DNA of 64,000 nt from Lachnospiraceae bacterium (GTDB lineage: Bacteria; Bacillota; Clostridia; Lachnospirales; Lachnospiraceae). The DNA lies in NCBI GenBank assembly GCA_022510725.1, contig JAFLSW010000010.1:5267-69266 (forward strand), written 5' to 3'. Each line of letters begins with the position of its first letter. The stretch's first letter is position 1. The translations under genes were made by a program, and so were the position numbers. Shown here one piece after another: positions 33,213 through 44,554 of this stretch. Below the pieces are notes generated by a model. That model ran no database searches. It saw only the letters and a program-made list of their open reading frames with translations, and was not told the DNA's origin.

Positions 33213-35099
33213 TTAGTCCTGCAATGATGTATCAGCATGAAAAAAAGCGTAGATCTCTTCCGCCAAAGACCTTGTGATCCCCGGCACTTCCAAAAGCTTT
33301 TCCACCTCAGCCTCTTTGATCTCCGTAATAGATCTGAAATGCCTCATTAAGGCTTTTCGCTTCGCCGGTCCTACCCCTTTGATATCATCCAAAACCGAAT
33401 GGACGCCTTCGTTCCGCCGTAAGGATCTGTGATATTCAATGGCAAAACGATGGGCCTCATCCTGGATCCTGGTGATCAGCTTAAAGCCTTCCGACATCCG
33501 GTCAATGGGGATCTCCTGATTATCAAAATACAAGCCTCTGGTCCTGTGATGATCATCCTTTACCATACCGCACACGGGAATATCGATATGGAGGCTGCTT
33601 AACACTTCCCTGGCAATATTGACCTGGCCCTTGCCGCCGTCCATCAATAAAAGATCGGGAAACTTGGTAAAGCTGCCAAAGGCTTCGTCCATCTGCTTAT
33701 CCTGAAACTGCTTCTGTTCCTCCAGGCCGTGTAAAAACCTTCTTGTCAACACCTCTCTCATGCAGGCATAATCATCGGGGCCTTCCACCGATTTAATGCG
33801 GAACTTCCGATAGTCGCTGCGATGGGACTTTCCTTTTTCAAATACCACCATGGAGCCTACATTCTGGAAGCCGCTGATATTGCTGATATCAAAGGCTTCA
33901 ATGCGGTCTATCTTTTCAATGCCGATAGCCGCTGCGATCTCCTTAGCCGCTCCGATGGTACGACCTTCTTCCCGGCGGATCCGCTCTTTATCCCTGCTTA
34001 GAACCATTTCCGCATTTTTGGCCGCCAGCGTTACCAGCTTTTCCTTGCTGCCGATCTTGGGAACCGTCAGATAGACCTTGCTTCCTTTTCTGCCGGAAAG
34101 CCACTGCCCGATCAGTTCTCTGTCACCGATCTCCTCCTGAAGCATAATGGTCTTTGGCAGGAAGGGCGTACCTGCATAAAACTGCTTGATAAAATTTTCA
34201 ATGATCTCTTCCCTGGGTGTTTCGGCCACATGGGTCATATAAAAATGCTCCCTGCCGATGAGCTTTCCGTTTCGCACAAAGAAAACCTGAATGACCGCGT
34301 CCGCATCGTCTGCCGCCATGGCAATGATATCCTTGTCCTCCCCGGAGCTTTCGGTGATCTTCTGCTTCTGTGCCACCGACTTCACGCTGGCGATCAGTTC
34401 CCTGTAACGGATGGCCTCTTCAAAATCCAGATCCTCCGATGCCCGGTTCATTTTTTCTTCCAGGCTCTTGATGATAGGCGCATAATGGCCGTTTAAAAAT
34501 TCCAGCGCACCTTCCACCTGTTTTCGGTATTCTTCTTCATCGATCCTTCCCATACAGGGGGCGCTGCACTGCTTCATATGATAGTTCAGACAGGGCCTGT
34601 CCTTACCGATGTCTCTGGGCAGCACTCTCCTGCAGGTGCGAAGGCAGAAAAGTTTGTTTAGCAGATCAATGGTATCCTTTACCTTTGCCGCCGCAGTGTA
34701 GGGGCCGTAATATTTGGAATGATCCTTTTTCATGGTGCGGGACATAAACAGCCTGGGATAGGGTTCCCCTAAAGTCACCTTGATATAAGGATAGGTTTTA
34801 TCATCCTTTAACATGGTGTTGTATTTGGGCCTGTGTTCTTTGATCAGATTGTTTTCCAACACCAAAGCTTCCAGCTCGGAGTCCGTTACGATGTATTCAA
34901 AATGATGGATCTGGGAAACCATCTTCTGGATCTTTACCGTCTTTTTTGTACTGGTACGAAAATAAGAGTGCACACGGCGGTTTAAATTGATCGCCTTGCC
35001 CACATAGATAATAGCATCATCCTTATCATGCATCAGATATACGCCCGGTTCGTCCGGCAGCTTTTTCAATTCTTCTTCGATATCAAACATGTTTTGCAC
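33213..35099 (-). CDS. uvrC: Excinuclease ABC subunit C
   Basis: GIY-YIG (GVYLM...IYVGKA), DGGKGQ and HhH motifs. Confidence 0.96.
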   Translation of the reverse strand: MQNMFDIEEELKKLPDEPGVYLMHDKDDAIIYVGKAINLNRRVHSYFRTSTKKTVKIQKMVSQIHHFEYIVTDSELEALVLENNLIKEHRPKYNTMLKDDKTYPYIKVTLGEPYPRLFMSRTMKKDHSKYYGPYTAAAKVKDTIDLLNKLFCLRTCRRVLPRDIGKDRPCLNYHMKQCSAPCMGRIDEEEYRKQVEGALEFLNGHYAPIIKSLEEKMNRASEDLDFEEAIRYRELIASVKSVAQKQKITESSGEDKDIIAMAADDADAVIQVFFVRNGKLIGREHFYMTHVAETPREEIIENFIKQFYAGTPFLPKTIMLQEEIGDRELIGQWLSGRKGSKVYLTVPKIGSKEKLVTLAAKNAEMVLSRDKERIRREEGRTIGAAKEIAAAIGIEKIDRIEAFDISNISGFQNVGSMVVFEKGKSHRSDYRKFRIKSVEGPDDYACMREVLTRRFLHGLEEQKQFQDKQMDEAFGSFTKFPDLLLMDGGKGQVNIAREVLSSLHIDIPVCGMVKDDHHRTRGLYFDNQEIPIDRMSEGFKLITRIQDEAHRFAIEYHRSLRRNEGVHSVLDDIKGVGPAKRKALMRHFRSITEIKEAEVEKLLEVPGITRSLAEEIYAFFHADTSLQD

Positions 35100-35145
35100 C
35101 GTTTGAAAAGACTGCTACGGAAGCTCCGTAACAGTCTTTTGTTTT

Positions 35146-37251
35146 TTATTCAGCCGCAAAAGTCGTGCTGTCTGCTGCTGTCTGCGTTTTTACTTCCTCA
35201 CTTGGGGGCTCTGCTTTTGCATCCGCATTTTCTTCGCTTTTCTCTTCCGCTTTTGCTTTTGGGGATGTCTTTTTCTTCTCTTCCTTTTTCTCATCCTCAG
35301 GAGGCTCCGGAATGCCTTTTTCCCTACGGAATATCTTCATAAACTCTTTACCGGTAATGGTTTCTTTCTCGATCAAATGCTCTGCGATCTTATCCATGAC
35401 CGCCCTGTTTTCCTTCAACAGGCTCTTAGCCTCTTTGTAGCAGTCCTTTAAGATCTTCATAACCTCTTCGTCCACGCCTGCTGCCGTCACATCGGAACAA
35501 TTCAGCACGGTGCGGCCATCCAGATAGCGGCTTTCCACGCTCTCTAAGCCTACCAGTCCAAAGCGTTTGCTCATACCGTACTGGGTAACCATGGCTCTGG
35601 CAAGATTGGTTGCCTTTTCAATATCGTTAGACGCGCCTGTGGTAACAGTATCAAATACCAGTTCCTCTGCTGCCCGTCCGCCTAAGAGGCCGACGATCAT
35701 ATCGTGGATCTCCGCCTTGGTATTTAAAAACTTCTCTTCCTCCGGCACCTGCATTACATATCCCAATGCGCCCATGGTACGAGGCACGATGGTGATCTTT
35801 TGTACCGGCTCCGAATTTTTCTGCAAAGCGGAAAGCAGCGCATGACCCACCTCGTGGTAGGAAACGATCTTCCGCTCTTCCTTGCTCATGATCCGGTCTT
35901 TCTTTTCCTTACCGACTAAAACAACCTCTACCGCATCAAAAAGATCCTTTTGGGATACCGCTTTTCTGCCTTCCTTAACCGCATTGATGGCAGCCTCATT
36001 GATCATATTGGCCAGATCGGAACCTACTGCACCGCTGGTTGCAAGGGCAATGGCATCCAGATCCACGCTGTCATCCATCAGTACATCCTTGGAATGTACT
36101 TTGAGAATATCCACACGACCTTTCAGGTCCGGTTTATCCACAATGATACGCCTGTCAAACCGTCCCGGACGAAGGAGGGCCTTATCCAGAATCTCCGGCC
36201 TGTTGGTAGCAGCCATGATCAAAACGCCCTTGGAAGGATCGAATCCATCCATCTCGGAAAGCAGTTGGTTTAAGGTCTGCTCCCGTTCCTCGTTGCCGCC
36301 GCCGTATTTGGAGTCACGGCTCCGTCCGATGGCATCGATCTCATCGATAAATACGATACAAGGCGCCATCTTTGCCGCTTCCTTAAACAGATCCCTTACT
36401 CTGGAAGCACCCATACCTACATAAATCTCCACAAAGTCAGATCCCGCAAGGGAGAAGAAAGGAACATGGGCTTCACCGGCAACCGCTTTGGCAAGCAGGG
36501 TCTTACCGGTTCCGGGCGGTCCTACAAGGAGTGCGCCCTTGGGAAGCTTGGCACCGATCTGGGTGTATTTACCGGGATTGTGCAAGAAGTCTACTACCTC
36601 CTGCAGGGATTCCTTTGCCTCTTCCTGACCAGCCACATCCTTAAAGGTAATGCCGGTCTCTCTCTGGACATAAACCTTGGCAGTGGATTTTCCCATACCC
36701 ATGGGCCCGCCGCTGGAACTCATCTTCCTGAAAACAAACATCAGCACAAAATAGAGCAAGAGAACAGGAACCACAAAGCTTAAAATAAAGTTTAAGATCA
36801 TGCCGGAGTTATCCGGGATCTCTTTGGAATATTCCACATTGTGCTCGTCCAACAGCGCATACAGATTATCGTCCTCTAAATTTCCCGTATAGTAATATTC
36901 GATAACCTGAGGATTCCCGGAGTAGGTATCCACCACAGAATTGTCGCTGAGCGCTTTGGGCACAAAAGGTGTGATCTCGATCTGATCGCTGGTGATCAAC
37001 ACACTTTTGACCTCATCGTTTTCCACCATCCGAAGGAACTCGCTGTAGGTGATCTCTTCGTGATCGCTGGACATAAACCGCATGACAGCGCTCATAGCCA
37101 GAAAAGTAACCATAACGGCAGTCAAAAGCAGCAGAAGATTCTGCCTTTTCTGGGGACCGCCGCTGCCGCCCTGGTTTTGGTTATTATTCTGATTGTTATT
37201 TTGATTGTTGTTTTGATTATTATTTTGATTTGGTTGATTATGATTCTCCAT
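35146..37251 (-). CDS. ftsH: ATP-dependent zinc metalloprotease FtsH
   Basis: Two TM helices, GPPGTGKT and HEVGH zinc motif. Confidence 0.96.
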   Translation of the reverse strand: MENHNQPNQNNNQNNNQNNNQNNNQNQGGSGGPQKRQNLLLLLTAVMVTFLAMSAVMRFMSSDHEEITYSEFLRMVENDEVKSVLITSDQIEITPFVPKALSDNSVVDTYSGNPQVIEYYYTGNLEDDNLYALLDEHNVEYSKEIPDNSGMILNFILSFVVPVLLLYFVLMFVFRKMSSSGGPMGMGKSTAKVYVQRETGITFKDVAGQEEAKESLQEVVDFLHNPGKYTQIGAKLPKGALLVGPPGTGKTLLAKAVAGEAHVPFFSLAGSDFVEIYVGMGASRVRDLFKEAAKMAPCIVFIDEIDAIGRSRDSKYGGGNEEREQTLNQLLSEMDGFDPSKGVLIMAATNRPEILDKALLRPGRFDRRIIVDKPDLKGRVDILKVHSKDVLMDDSVDLDAIALATSGAVGSDLANMINEAAINAVKEGRKAVSQKDLFDAVEVVLVGKEKKDRIMSKEERKIVSYHEVGHALLSALQKNSEPVQKITIVPRTMGALGYVMQVPEEEKFLNTKAEIHDMIVGLLGGRAAEELVFDTVTTGASNDIEKATNLARAMVTQYGMSKRFGLVGLESVESRYLDGRTVLNCSDVTAAGVDEEVMKILKDCYKEAKSLLKENRAVMDKIAEHLIEKETITGKEFMKIFRREKGIPEPPEDEKKEEKKKTSPKAKAEEKSEENADAKAEPPSEEVKTQTAADSTTFAAE
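37171..37230 (-). repeat. In-frame 12-bp tandem repeat encoding (NQNN)n at the FtsH N-terminus
   Basis: NQNN x4 plus NQNQ in the translation; AAY-CAR-AAY-AAY units. Confidence 0.85.
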
Positions 37252-37380
37252 ACCATACCTCCAAACAGTCTGTTACTATTATAAATTTACGATTTCCATA
37301 AATCAATACAAACATTGTGAAATTTGCGTCATACTTCTTAAAGAAATATAAAATTTTTTGAATTTTTTTGCCAGAAATCC

Positions 37381-37409
37381 TAGATTTTGGATAATCTTCA
37401 TTGTATAAT
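37381..37409 (+). promoter_or_regulatory. SigA promoter of pyrG
   Basis: TAGATT-17 nt-TATAAT with an extended TG, followed by an AGGAGG RBS. Confidence 0.6.
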
Positions 37410-37436
37410 ACATGAGTATATTAGGAGGATTGTTTC

Positions 37437-39044
37437 ATGGCAGTAAAATATGTATTTGTGACCGGCGGTGTTGTTTCCGGTCTCGGAAAGGGTATTACCG
37501 CTGCATCTTTGGGCAGACTTTTAAAAGCCCGCGGCTATAAAGTGACCATGCAGAAGTTCGATCCCTATATCAATATCGATCCCGGCACCATGAATCCTAT
37601 CCAGCACGGAGAGGTTTTTGTGACCGACGATGGTGTGGAAACGGATCTGGATCTGGGACACTATGAAAGATTTATTGATGAAAGTCTGGATAAAAATTCC
37701 AATGTGACCACCGGCAAAGTCTACTGGTCCGTACTGCAGAAGGAACGGCGGGGAGATTACGGCGGCGGGACCGTTCAGGTCATTCCGCATATTACCAATG
37801 AGATCAAAGGCCGTTTTTATCGAAATTTCAGCGATGACGATATGCGCATCGCCATTATAGAAGTAGGCGGAACCGTCGGCGATATTGAAAGCCAGCCTTT
37901 TTTAGAGTCCATCCGTCAGTTTCAGCACGAGGTGGGACGGGATAACGCAGTCCTCATCCATGTGACTCTGATCCCGTACTTAAGCGCATCCCAGGAGATG
38001 AAGACCAAGCCTACCCAGGCATCCGTTAAAGAGCTGCAGGGAATGGGAATCCAGCCGGACATTATCGTATGCCGCAGCGAGCATCCCTTAGACCAGCAGT
38101 TGAAGGACAAGATCGCCTTATTCTGTAATGTGCCCAATAAGCATGTACTGCAAAACCTGGATGTGGAACATTTATATGAAGCGCCTCTTGCTTTGGAAAA
38201 AGAAAAAATTGCGGATGTAGTCTGTGAATGTCTCCATTTAGACTGCCCCGATCCGGATCTTTCAGACTGGAAAGAAATGGTAGAACGGCTCCGCAGTCCC
38301 AAACATGAAGTGACCATTGCCTTAGTTGGTAAATATATCCAGCTTCACGACGCATACCTAAGCGTGGTGGAAGCCTTGAAGCATGGCGGCATCTTTGCGG
38401 ATACCACCGTCAATATCAAATGGGTGGATTCGGAAACAGTAACTGCCGAAAATGTAAATGATATTTTAAATGATGTAGACGGCATTTTGGTACCCGGCGG
38501 TTTTGGCAACCGGGGCATCGAGGGCAAGATCAAGGCCATTACCTATGCAAGAGAAAACAAGATTCCTTTCTTAGGCCTTTGCCTGGGTATGCAGCTTGCC
38601 ATTGTGGAATTTGCCAGAAATGTGGTGGGCTACAACGATGCACACAGCGAAGAATTGGATCCCAGTACCACCCATCCGGTGATCGCTCTGATGCCGGACC
38701 AAAACGGTGTGGAAGACATCGGCGGAACCTTAAGGCTTGGTTCCTATCCCTGTCATCTGGACAAGGAGTCTCTGGCATTCCGGCTTTACGGAAACGATAC
38801 CATCCACGAACGGCACAGACACCGTTATGAGGTAAACAACGACTTCCGTTCCGCTTTAACGGATCAGGGCATGAAGCTGTCCGGTATCTCTCCTGATGGA
38901 CGGATCGTGGAAATGTGCGAACTGCCCGACCACCCTTTCTTCATTGCCACCCAGGCTCATCCCGAATTTAAGAGCCGTCCCAACAGACCTCATCCTTTAT
39001 TTAAAGGTCTTGTGGAAGCAGCGCTTTCCAAGAAAAAGGGATAA
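37437..39044 (+). CDS. pyrG: CTP synthase
   Basis: [17 protein letters not shown] and QAHPEF motifs. Confidence 0.98.
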   Translation: MAVKYVFVTGGVVSGLGKGITAASLGRLLKARGYKVTMQKFDPYINIDPGTMNPIQHGEVFVTDDGVETDLDLGHYERFIDESLDKNSNVTTGKVYWSVLQKERRGDYGGGTVQVIPHITNEIKGRFYRNFSDDDMRIAIIEVGGTVGDIESQPFLESIRQFQHEVGRDNAVLIHVTLIPYLSASQEMKTKPTQASVKELQGMGIQPDIIVCRSEHPLDQQLKDKIALFCNVPNKHVLQNLDVEHLYEAPLALEKEKIADVVCECLHLDCPDPDLSDWKEMVERLRSPKHEVTIALVGKYIQLHDAYLSVVEALKHGGIFADTTVNIKWVDSETVTAENVNDILNDVDGILVPGGFGNRGIEGKIKAITYARENKIPFLGLCLGMQLAIVEFARNVVGYNDAHSEELDPSTTHPVIALMPDQNGVEDIGGTLRLGSYPCHLDKESLAFRLYGNDTIHERHRHRYEVNNDFRSALTDQGMKLSGISPDGRIVEMCELPDHPFFIATQAHPEFKSRPNRPHPLFKGLVEAALSKKKG

Positions 39045-39082
39045 AAGGCAACACAACTGCAAAAGAAAGCTATTACAAAAAC

Positions 39083-39125
39083 AATACAGACGGAAAACAA
39101 CATGTCCTTGTCTTCCGTCTGTATT
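39083..39125. terminator. Bidirectional terminator
   Basis: AATACAGACGGAA ... TTCCGTCTGTATT flanked by A and T runs between convergent genes. Confidence 0.7.
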
Positions 39126-39144
39126 TTTATGCACATATGATCTC

Positions 39145-40992
39145 TTAATCCTCTGCAATGAGAATGATGGAATCTCCTTCTTCGTATACTACTTCTTCGG
39201 ACTTTAAAGGATTGGTAATGATCTCTGTTTCCCCGTCTATGACCTTCTTGTAACCAACAGCAATTTCTCCTCGCATGCCGGCACTTTCAGTGACAGTGTA
39301 GAAGTTAACCGGCACACCGGTCTTCACATAAAGGGAAGCCGGCTTCATATAAAGCTCCGAACCCTCTTCATCTAAGATATCTTCAAACAGAGCGGTCAAC
39401 TCCCTGTTTTCCGCGATCTGGGTCATTAACAGGTTAATAATATTGGAACCGATCACGAAGTCCTCTACCCTTACCTGGGATGCCAGACGCTGGTTGTTGC
39501 TCTTTCTCATTTCGCTGGTAATGGTAAAGGTCTTTTTGTTCTTTTTGGAAATATCCCGCAGGAAAATAAGCTGTAACAGAGTCTGGGCATCGGAAGCCTC
39601 CGGATCAAGGCGGTCATCGCTTAAGATCAGCACATCTCCCAGATCCTCCTGTAAGAGATTTTCCAACAACTGTCTGTCCGTTACATTTCCAACGACCTGC
39701 TCTATTTCAATGTTTTTAAACTTGTCGTTATCCAGCCCCAGTTCTTCCGGGAAAACTACCTTGACCCTGGAGCCTTTTTCCACATACAGATCATATTCTT
39801 CCAATATCCGCTCTATCATGCTGTTGCAGCCTAAGATCAGCAGTTTCTCCATGGAAGCGGATCTGACTCTTTCTCTATGTACCATCAGATCCTTCTGAAT
39901 CGGGAATTCTTCCCCTCCCAGTTCAAAAGAGCCGTCATCCTCTTCCAATAAAATGATCTGGTCGCCTTCTTCCAATACCGTATCCATCGGAGGATTTAAA
40001 TGAGGGCCGTCCTCTTTTCGGATACCAAAAACAACTGCCTTGGGGAACATATTTAAGGTCTCAAATAAGGTCTTACCATACAGCTCCGGAATGGTTTCAA
40101 AATACAGCTCGTCTCCGTCATAGTCAAACAACTCTACCAGCACATTGGATAAGCCGGGCTGGCGGCAGGTATTGGCGATGATACGGGAAATGGCATCGCT
40201 GGCGTAAATGATCTCCGCCCTGCCTTCTCCTGCAATGCGGGCCGCTTCCACATTCTGAGGATCGGTAACGGATGCGGTCATAAAGAGATCTTCCACCAAC
40301 AGTTTCTTGTCTTTTAAGTAAGATGTGACGGATAAAATGACCTTAATGGTTTCCGCATCATCATAGACATTGATGATAACAGAACGGCTCCGTTCCACAG
40401 AGCACCGCTCCAAAATATGAGGCTCGGAAAGGGATCCGCTTCTGCAGATGATCTTGCTGGTCTTAAAATCCTTGATACGGGAGGCGATCATCTCCTCCAT
40501 CTCTTCCTTTTCCTGGGTGCCCACTACCACGATACATTGATTCTTGTGATTGGAATTTGCCTCGATCAGCTCATTTAACAAAGTATAGACATTGTCGTTA
40601 AAACCGATAATGACCGTATGGCGCTCTTCCAAAACGGTGGACTTGCCTTTTCGCAGTTCATTTAATTTTTCTTCAAAACTGGTGGTCACAATACCGATCA
40701 AAATACTGGTTACAAAAATACCGCACAAAGTGGAAAATGCCATCAGGGCCGTATATGGAATATTGTCTAAGGGTGTGTTGGATAAAACACCGGGATCCAG
40801 CACATGCATGGTACTTCTCCACATTTGAAATCCTACGCTGCCATCCGCCTGAAAAAAGACAGAAAGGATTCCTGCGATCGCTACCACGATCAGCGTTATG
40901 GAAAACAATACACAGATTAATGGTATCGCACCTTTCGACATAACATTATCGATAAAATACTGCACTCTTTTCTTCCATGTGATCTTGTTCAT
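39145..40992 (-). CDS. CASTOR/POLLUX (DMI1)-like putative ion channel
   Basis: TM-pore-TM segment (HVLDPG), LRKGKSTVLEERHTVIIG, CRQPGLS and EGSELYMKPA motifs, with RCK-like domains. Confidence 0.78.
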   Translation of the reverse strand: MNKITWKKRVQYFIDNVMSKGAIPLICVLFSITLIVVAIAGILSVFFQADGSVGFQMWRSTMHVLDPGVLSNTPLDNIPYTALMAFSTLCGIFVTSILIGIVTTSFEEKLNELRKGKSTVLEERHTVIIGFNDNVYTLLNELIEANSNHKNQCIVVVGTQEKEEMEEMIASRIKDFKTSKIICRSGSLSEPHILERCSVERSRSVIINVYDDAETIKVILSVTSYLKDKKLLVEDLFMTASVTDPQNVEAARIAGEGRAEIIYASDAISRIIANTCRQPGLSNVLVELFDYDGDELYFETIPELYGKTLFETLNMFPKAVVFGIRKEDGPHLNPPMDTVLEEGDQIILLEEDDGSFELGGEEFPIQKDLMVHRERVRSASMEKLLILGCNSMIERILEEYDLYVEKGSRVKVVFPEELGLDNDKFKNIEIEQVVGNVTDRQLLENLLQEDLGDVLILSDDRLDPEASDAQTLLQLIFLRDISKKNKKTFTITSEMRKSNNQRLASQVRVEDFVIGSNIINLLMTQIAENRELTALFEDILDEEGSELYMKPASLYVKTGVPVNFYTVTESAGMRGEIAVGYKKVIDGETEIITNPLKSEEVVYEEGDSIILIAED

Positions 40993-41198
40993 AAATTTAA
41001 TCCACCTCATTTGTTATTATCCGGCACACATAAGCCGATATACAAAATATATTATAATATAGTTTTTATAGATTGAATAGGCAAATTTTTGGGTAATTTT
41101 TTCACTGAATTTTAGTTGATTTTCTTTACATTCTCTGTTATTCTGTTACCAAAGAATGCATACATTGAATCATCTAAATGATATTGAGGGAATAGATC

Positions 41199-41732
41199 AT
41201 GAAAAAGAAATCTGTTGCAGAGAAATTGAATAACAACTACGGATTTTCCCTGGTGGAGCTGATCATTGTGATCGCCATTATGGCGATTTTGATCGGTGTG
41301 CTTGCTCCTATGTATATCAAGTATGTGGAGAAAGCCAGCGTTGCTTCGGATAAGCAGCTGTTGGAGTCCATTTATAAAGCTGTTACTTATGCGGTTGCGG
41401 ACGCGGATGTGACCAGCGATCCCTCCGCTCAGGCTTTGATCGATGGTATGACTACTCCTGTAACTTTGGAAAGCCTGATGACTACGCCTAACAACAAGCT
41501 GGCAGAAGAGGTTATGGACACTCTTGGCTGGTCGGATCTGAATCAGGCCACTTATGAATCCAAGCTCCGTTCCGCTCACGCTTCCGGCTGTGAGATCTAT
41601 ATGGTATATCAGGGCGGCGTAAAGAATCCCTTTATCATGTGGATCACCACTACCGATGAGACCGGGAGGAAAGATACCAGTAATACAAGCACTAATGTAA
41701 GTGGTATTGGAAATTGTATTTGTATTCGGTAG
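41199..41732 (+). CDS. Type IV pilin-like protein (prepilin N-terminal cleavage/methylation motif)
   Basis: G/FSLVELIIVIAIMAILIGVLAP with Glu at +5. Confidence 0.88.
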   Translation: MKKKSVAEKLNNNYGFSLVELIIVIAIMAILIGVLAPMYIKYVEKASVASDKQLLESIYKAVTYAVADADVTSDPSAQALIDGMTTPVTLESLMTTPNNKLAEEVMDTLGWSDLNQATYESKLRSAHASGCEIYMVYQGGVKNPFIMWITTTDETGRKDTSNTSTNVSGIGNCICIR

Positions 41733-41742
41733 GAATATATAG

Positions 41743-41938
41743 GCTGGCAGATGGAATTTCGTGTCTGATAAGCCTTTCGGAAAATCTATAATCAGAACAT
41801 ATCAGAAACAAAACACAGCTCATTCCAACAAACTCGTTACACTCGAACAAAGTTGGAATGAGCTGTTCGTTTCTTCTATGTCCTGATTAGATTTTCTACG
41901 AAAGAGCTTATAAAGAACACAAACTTCCATCTGCCAGC
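41743..41938. repeat. ~196-bp imperfect palindrome
   Basis: Perfect outer 14-bp IR GCTGGCAGATGGAA, perfect inner 15-bp IR ACAGCTCATTCCAAC, with alignable sequence between them and a 22-nt loop. Confidence 0.85.
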
Positions 41939-42008
41939 TATTATTATTTTTTCGCTCTAAATGTTAAGAGGTTTATGTCGGCAGCTTTGAGAGAGCTTCC
42001 AAATAAAA

Positions 42009-42497
42009 TCACTTCAATTCATTGAGTAAGTAGATGGATAGGTTTAGGTAGCCGGCGAAGGTGACCCATAAGAGATATGGGATCATCAAATAAGCGGCAG
42101 GTTTGGATACTCTGTAGAAAAGCTTGATGGTCAACAGGATCAGCAGCCACAACAGCACCAGCCAGAAGAAGGAAAACAAGAGCCATTCCAATCTAAAGAA
42201 AAAAATCGGCCAGAAAAAGTTGACAGCAAGCTGCAGGTAATAAACAATAAGGGCAGTGTCGATATATGTCCCTTTTGCGTCGGATACTGCCACCAGTCCG
42301 GCGGCAATGCCCATCAGCAGATAAAGAATGGTCCACACTACCGGAAAAAGCCAGCCCGGCGGCGATAAAGGCGGCTGATCCAAAGCCTGAAACGCCTCCA
42401 TACTGTTTCTCGTAAAAAGACCCGCCAACAAACCTACCAATAAAGGAATAGCAATGCTGCGGATCCAGATCTTCCAATTTTCTTTCAATTTTTCCAC
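42009..42497 (-). CDS. tspO: TspO/MBR family tryptophan-rich sensory protein
   Basis: PPLSPPGWLFPVVWTILY and PYLLWVTFA motifs. Confidence 0.9.
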   Translation of the reverse strand: MEKLKENWKIWIRSIAIPLLVGLLAGLFTRNSMEAFQALDQPPLSPPGWLFPVVWTILYLLMGIAAGLVAVSDAKGTYIDTALIVYYLQLAVNFFWPIFFFRLEWLLFSFFWLVLLWLLILLTIKLFYRVSKPAAYLMIPYLLWVTFAGYLNLSIYLLNELK

Positions 42498-42542
42498 CCC
42501 TATACAACATATGAGGCAGATCGCAATTTATGCCAGGGAGAA

Positions 42543-43355
42543 TCAATCGCTTCCCATCAGCTCATGATAAAATATGTACTGCTGCAGCACACCGCTAAAG
42601 GCCTGATAGCGGTCAAAAGGAAAGCCTTCTTCATAATGCTTTTGCAATGCCTGGTTGATATGGGTATCCTGGGGAAATGCCTCCAACTGGTGAAGGGAAA
42701 AAAGACAGATACAGTCCGCCACCTTCTTTCCTACACCAAAGATACCAAGAAGGGCTTCTTTTGCTTCCCCATAAGGCATGAGGGCAATGGCTTCCAAATC
42801 CAATTCACCCCTTGCCACACTCCTGGCCGCCCGCACCACATACTTGCTGCGATAGCCCAGGTTACATTCCATCAATGCATTTTCTTCCAGATCCGCCAAA
42901 GCTTCCGGCAAAGGAAAGGCATAGTATTCTTCGCCTCCCCCGCTTACCAGCTTGTCCCCATAGGTACGACAGATATTGTCAATACACCGACGGATGCGGA
43001 CAATGTTATTCTGCTGAGAAATCAGGAAAGACACGATGGTCTCCCATAAGTCCTGTTTTAAGATACGGATTCCCATGCCTTTGGCAACCGCCCGATTTAA
43101 ATACAAGTCTTCCGGATCCACCTGACTGATATAAGTGCCATAATCCGTATCCAGATCAAAATAGCGTTTCCAAAAGCCATCAAAATCCTCTTCGCTACAG
43201 TCAAAGGACACCTGGTTGCCGGATTGTCCCACTTCCAGATAACGGTTTCCCGCAATGACAGAAAAAAGGCCCTCCGCCTTTTGCTCCATGCGGAAGCACT
43301 GACCGGACTGACAGATCTGCAATATATCAAAATGGTTTAAATCCCTGTATATCAT
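42543..43355 (-). CDS. 8-oxoguanine DNA glycosylase (OGG/HhH-GPD family)
   Basis: CQSGQCFR, ISQQNNIVRI and GVGKKVADC...D.H motifs. Confidence 0.85.
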   Translation of the reverse strand: MIYRDLNHFDILQICQSGQCFRMEQKAEGLFSVIAGNRYLEVGQSGNQVSFDCSEEDFDGFWKRYFDLDTDYGTYISQVDPEDLYLNRAVAKGMGIRILKQDLWETIVSFLISQQNNIVRIRRCIDNICRTYGDKLVSGGGEEYYAFPLPEALADLEENALMECNLGYRSKYVVRAARSVARGELDLEAIALMPYGEAKEALLGIFGVGKKVADCICLFSLHQLEAFPQDTHINQALQKHYEEGFPFDRYQAFSGVLQQYIFYHELMGSD

Positions 43356-43396
43356 GAATTTCTCCTGCTATGCCTGTGTTCCCCCTGCGATACCTG

Positions 43397-44383
43397 TTAA
43401 GAACGGACCTGATCCTGCCAAAGAATCTGCTGGCCTTTTACCAAAGGATAGTTGGACAGCTTCTCTCCGTCCAGGTCTTCCTTGTGCATGTCCACCGCAG
43501 TAATGCGGCTGTTTTCATAGGTAGTATAATAATAAATACCCTTGTCTCCATTGCAGCAAGAACTGTAAATGGTGATCTCATACTGCCCTTTGCCAAGATG
43601 AACGCAGCCACGCTGCTGTGCCACCGAACCGAGGATGTGGAAAAACTGACTGATGCTCTCTTCCTCTCCTTCCCCGGAAAGAGCATTCATTTTGGTAAAA
43701 GCAGCCTTTACAAAACGGGATGCGGAAGACAAGTCACCGGGCAGCCCTAAGGCACCCATGCCCCGGCTGTAGGTCTTTAGATCCAAGTCCTTGGAAAAAT
43801 GATTGTCCGGTTCATCAGGGGATAAAGCCCTGTAATCATTAAGTCCAAAAAGCTGCATATCAAAGGGAGGATTGTTGGTCAATACCCCAACAGGATTATC
43901 ATAAATCTTGAAACCTTCTTTCACGGACTCCACCACAATAGAACCTGTCTTATCGGAGATCATCCAATGAAGGGGCGATAGAGGAAGTTTCTCACTGAAA
44001 TTAATATTTACCAGATTGATCCGCTCCAAAAGGGCCCTGGCTTCCTTCAGATCGGCACACTGTCCCAATATCCAGGGAATGAATTCAAAGGGAGAGACAT
44101 TGTCCTTTCCTGCTGCCTCTTCTTTGTAATCCGCATTGCCGGGGAAGTTGAGCCCTGCCATACCCAGTCCTTTTTCGTTGATGGCATCATAATAAAGGGG
44201 ATAGTCATCCACCACATATGCCATGCCGATAAGAGCGTGATGGCTTTTTAATTCTCCTGCCTTGCGGAAGGTGAAGGGATAATTTCTGGGGGTAATGGTA
44301 ACAGTCTCGTTATAAGAAAATTCGTAATCCATGTTACGACCGAAATAAAAATCTTTGGTTTGATAGGTAATTGCTGTGCACAT
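43397..44383 (-). CDS. bsh: Choloylglycine hydrolase / bile salt hydrolase (Ntn hydrolase)
   Basis: M-CTAITY N-terminal catalytic Cys, FGRNMDY, DAINEKGL, LTNNP and SRFVKA motifs; GGAGG RBS. Confidence 0.85.
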   Translation of the reverse strand: MCTAITYQTKDFYFGRNMDYEFSYNETVTITPRNYPFTFRKAGELKSHHALIGMAYVVDDYPLYYDAINEKGLGMAGLNFPGNADYKEEAAGKDNVSPFEFIPWILGQCADLKEARALLERINLVNINFSEKLPLSPLHWMISDKTGSIVVESVKEGFKIYDNPVGVLTNNPPFDMQLFGLNDYRALSPDEPDNHFSKDLDLKTYSRGMGALGLPGDLSSASRFVKAAFTKMNALSGEGEEESISQFFHILGSVAQQRGCVHLGKGQYEITIYSSCCNGDKGIYYYTTYENSRITAVDMHKEDLDGEKLSNYPLVKGQQILWQDQVRS

Positions 44384-44411
44384 AGGTGTTCCTCCTCGTC
44401 GTTTGTATGTT

Positions 44412-44440
44412 ATTATACGGAATATGATTATTCTTTTCAA
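44412..44440 (-). promoter_or_regulatory. SigA promoter of bsh
   Basis: TTGAAA-17 nt-TATAAT. Confidence 0.75.
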
Positions 44441-44448
44441 GATTACTG

Positions 44449-44479
44449 TTGACTCTCACGCAGCGTGATAGTGTAATCT
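44449..44479 (+). promoter_or_regulatory. MerR-type promoter with a 19-bp spacer and dyad
   Basis: TTGACT-19 nt-TAATCT with TCACG-CAG-CGTGA inside the spacer. Confidence 0.8.
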
Positions 44480-44554
44480 CATATGCAGAAGACATATTAA
44501 TCATTTGCCGGCAAGCATCAACATGTTTTCAAAAACTTTAAGGAGTGGATCAAA

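Noticed and set aside
37381-37437. Reiterative-transcription attenuator of the Bacillus pyrG type
   Set aside because: The leader is under 30 nt, with no 5' GGGC and no terminator hairpin.
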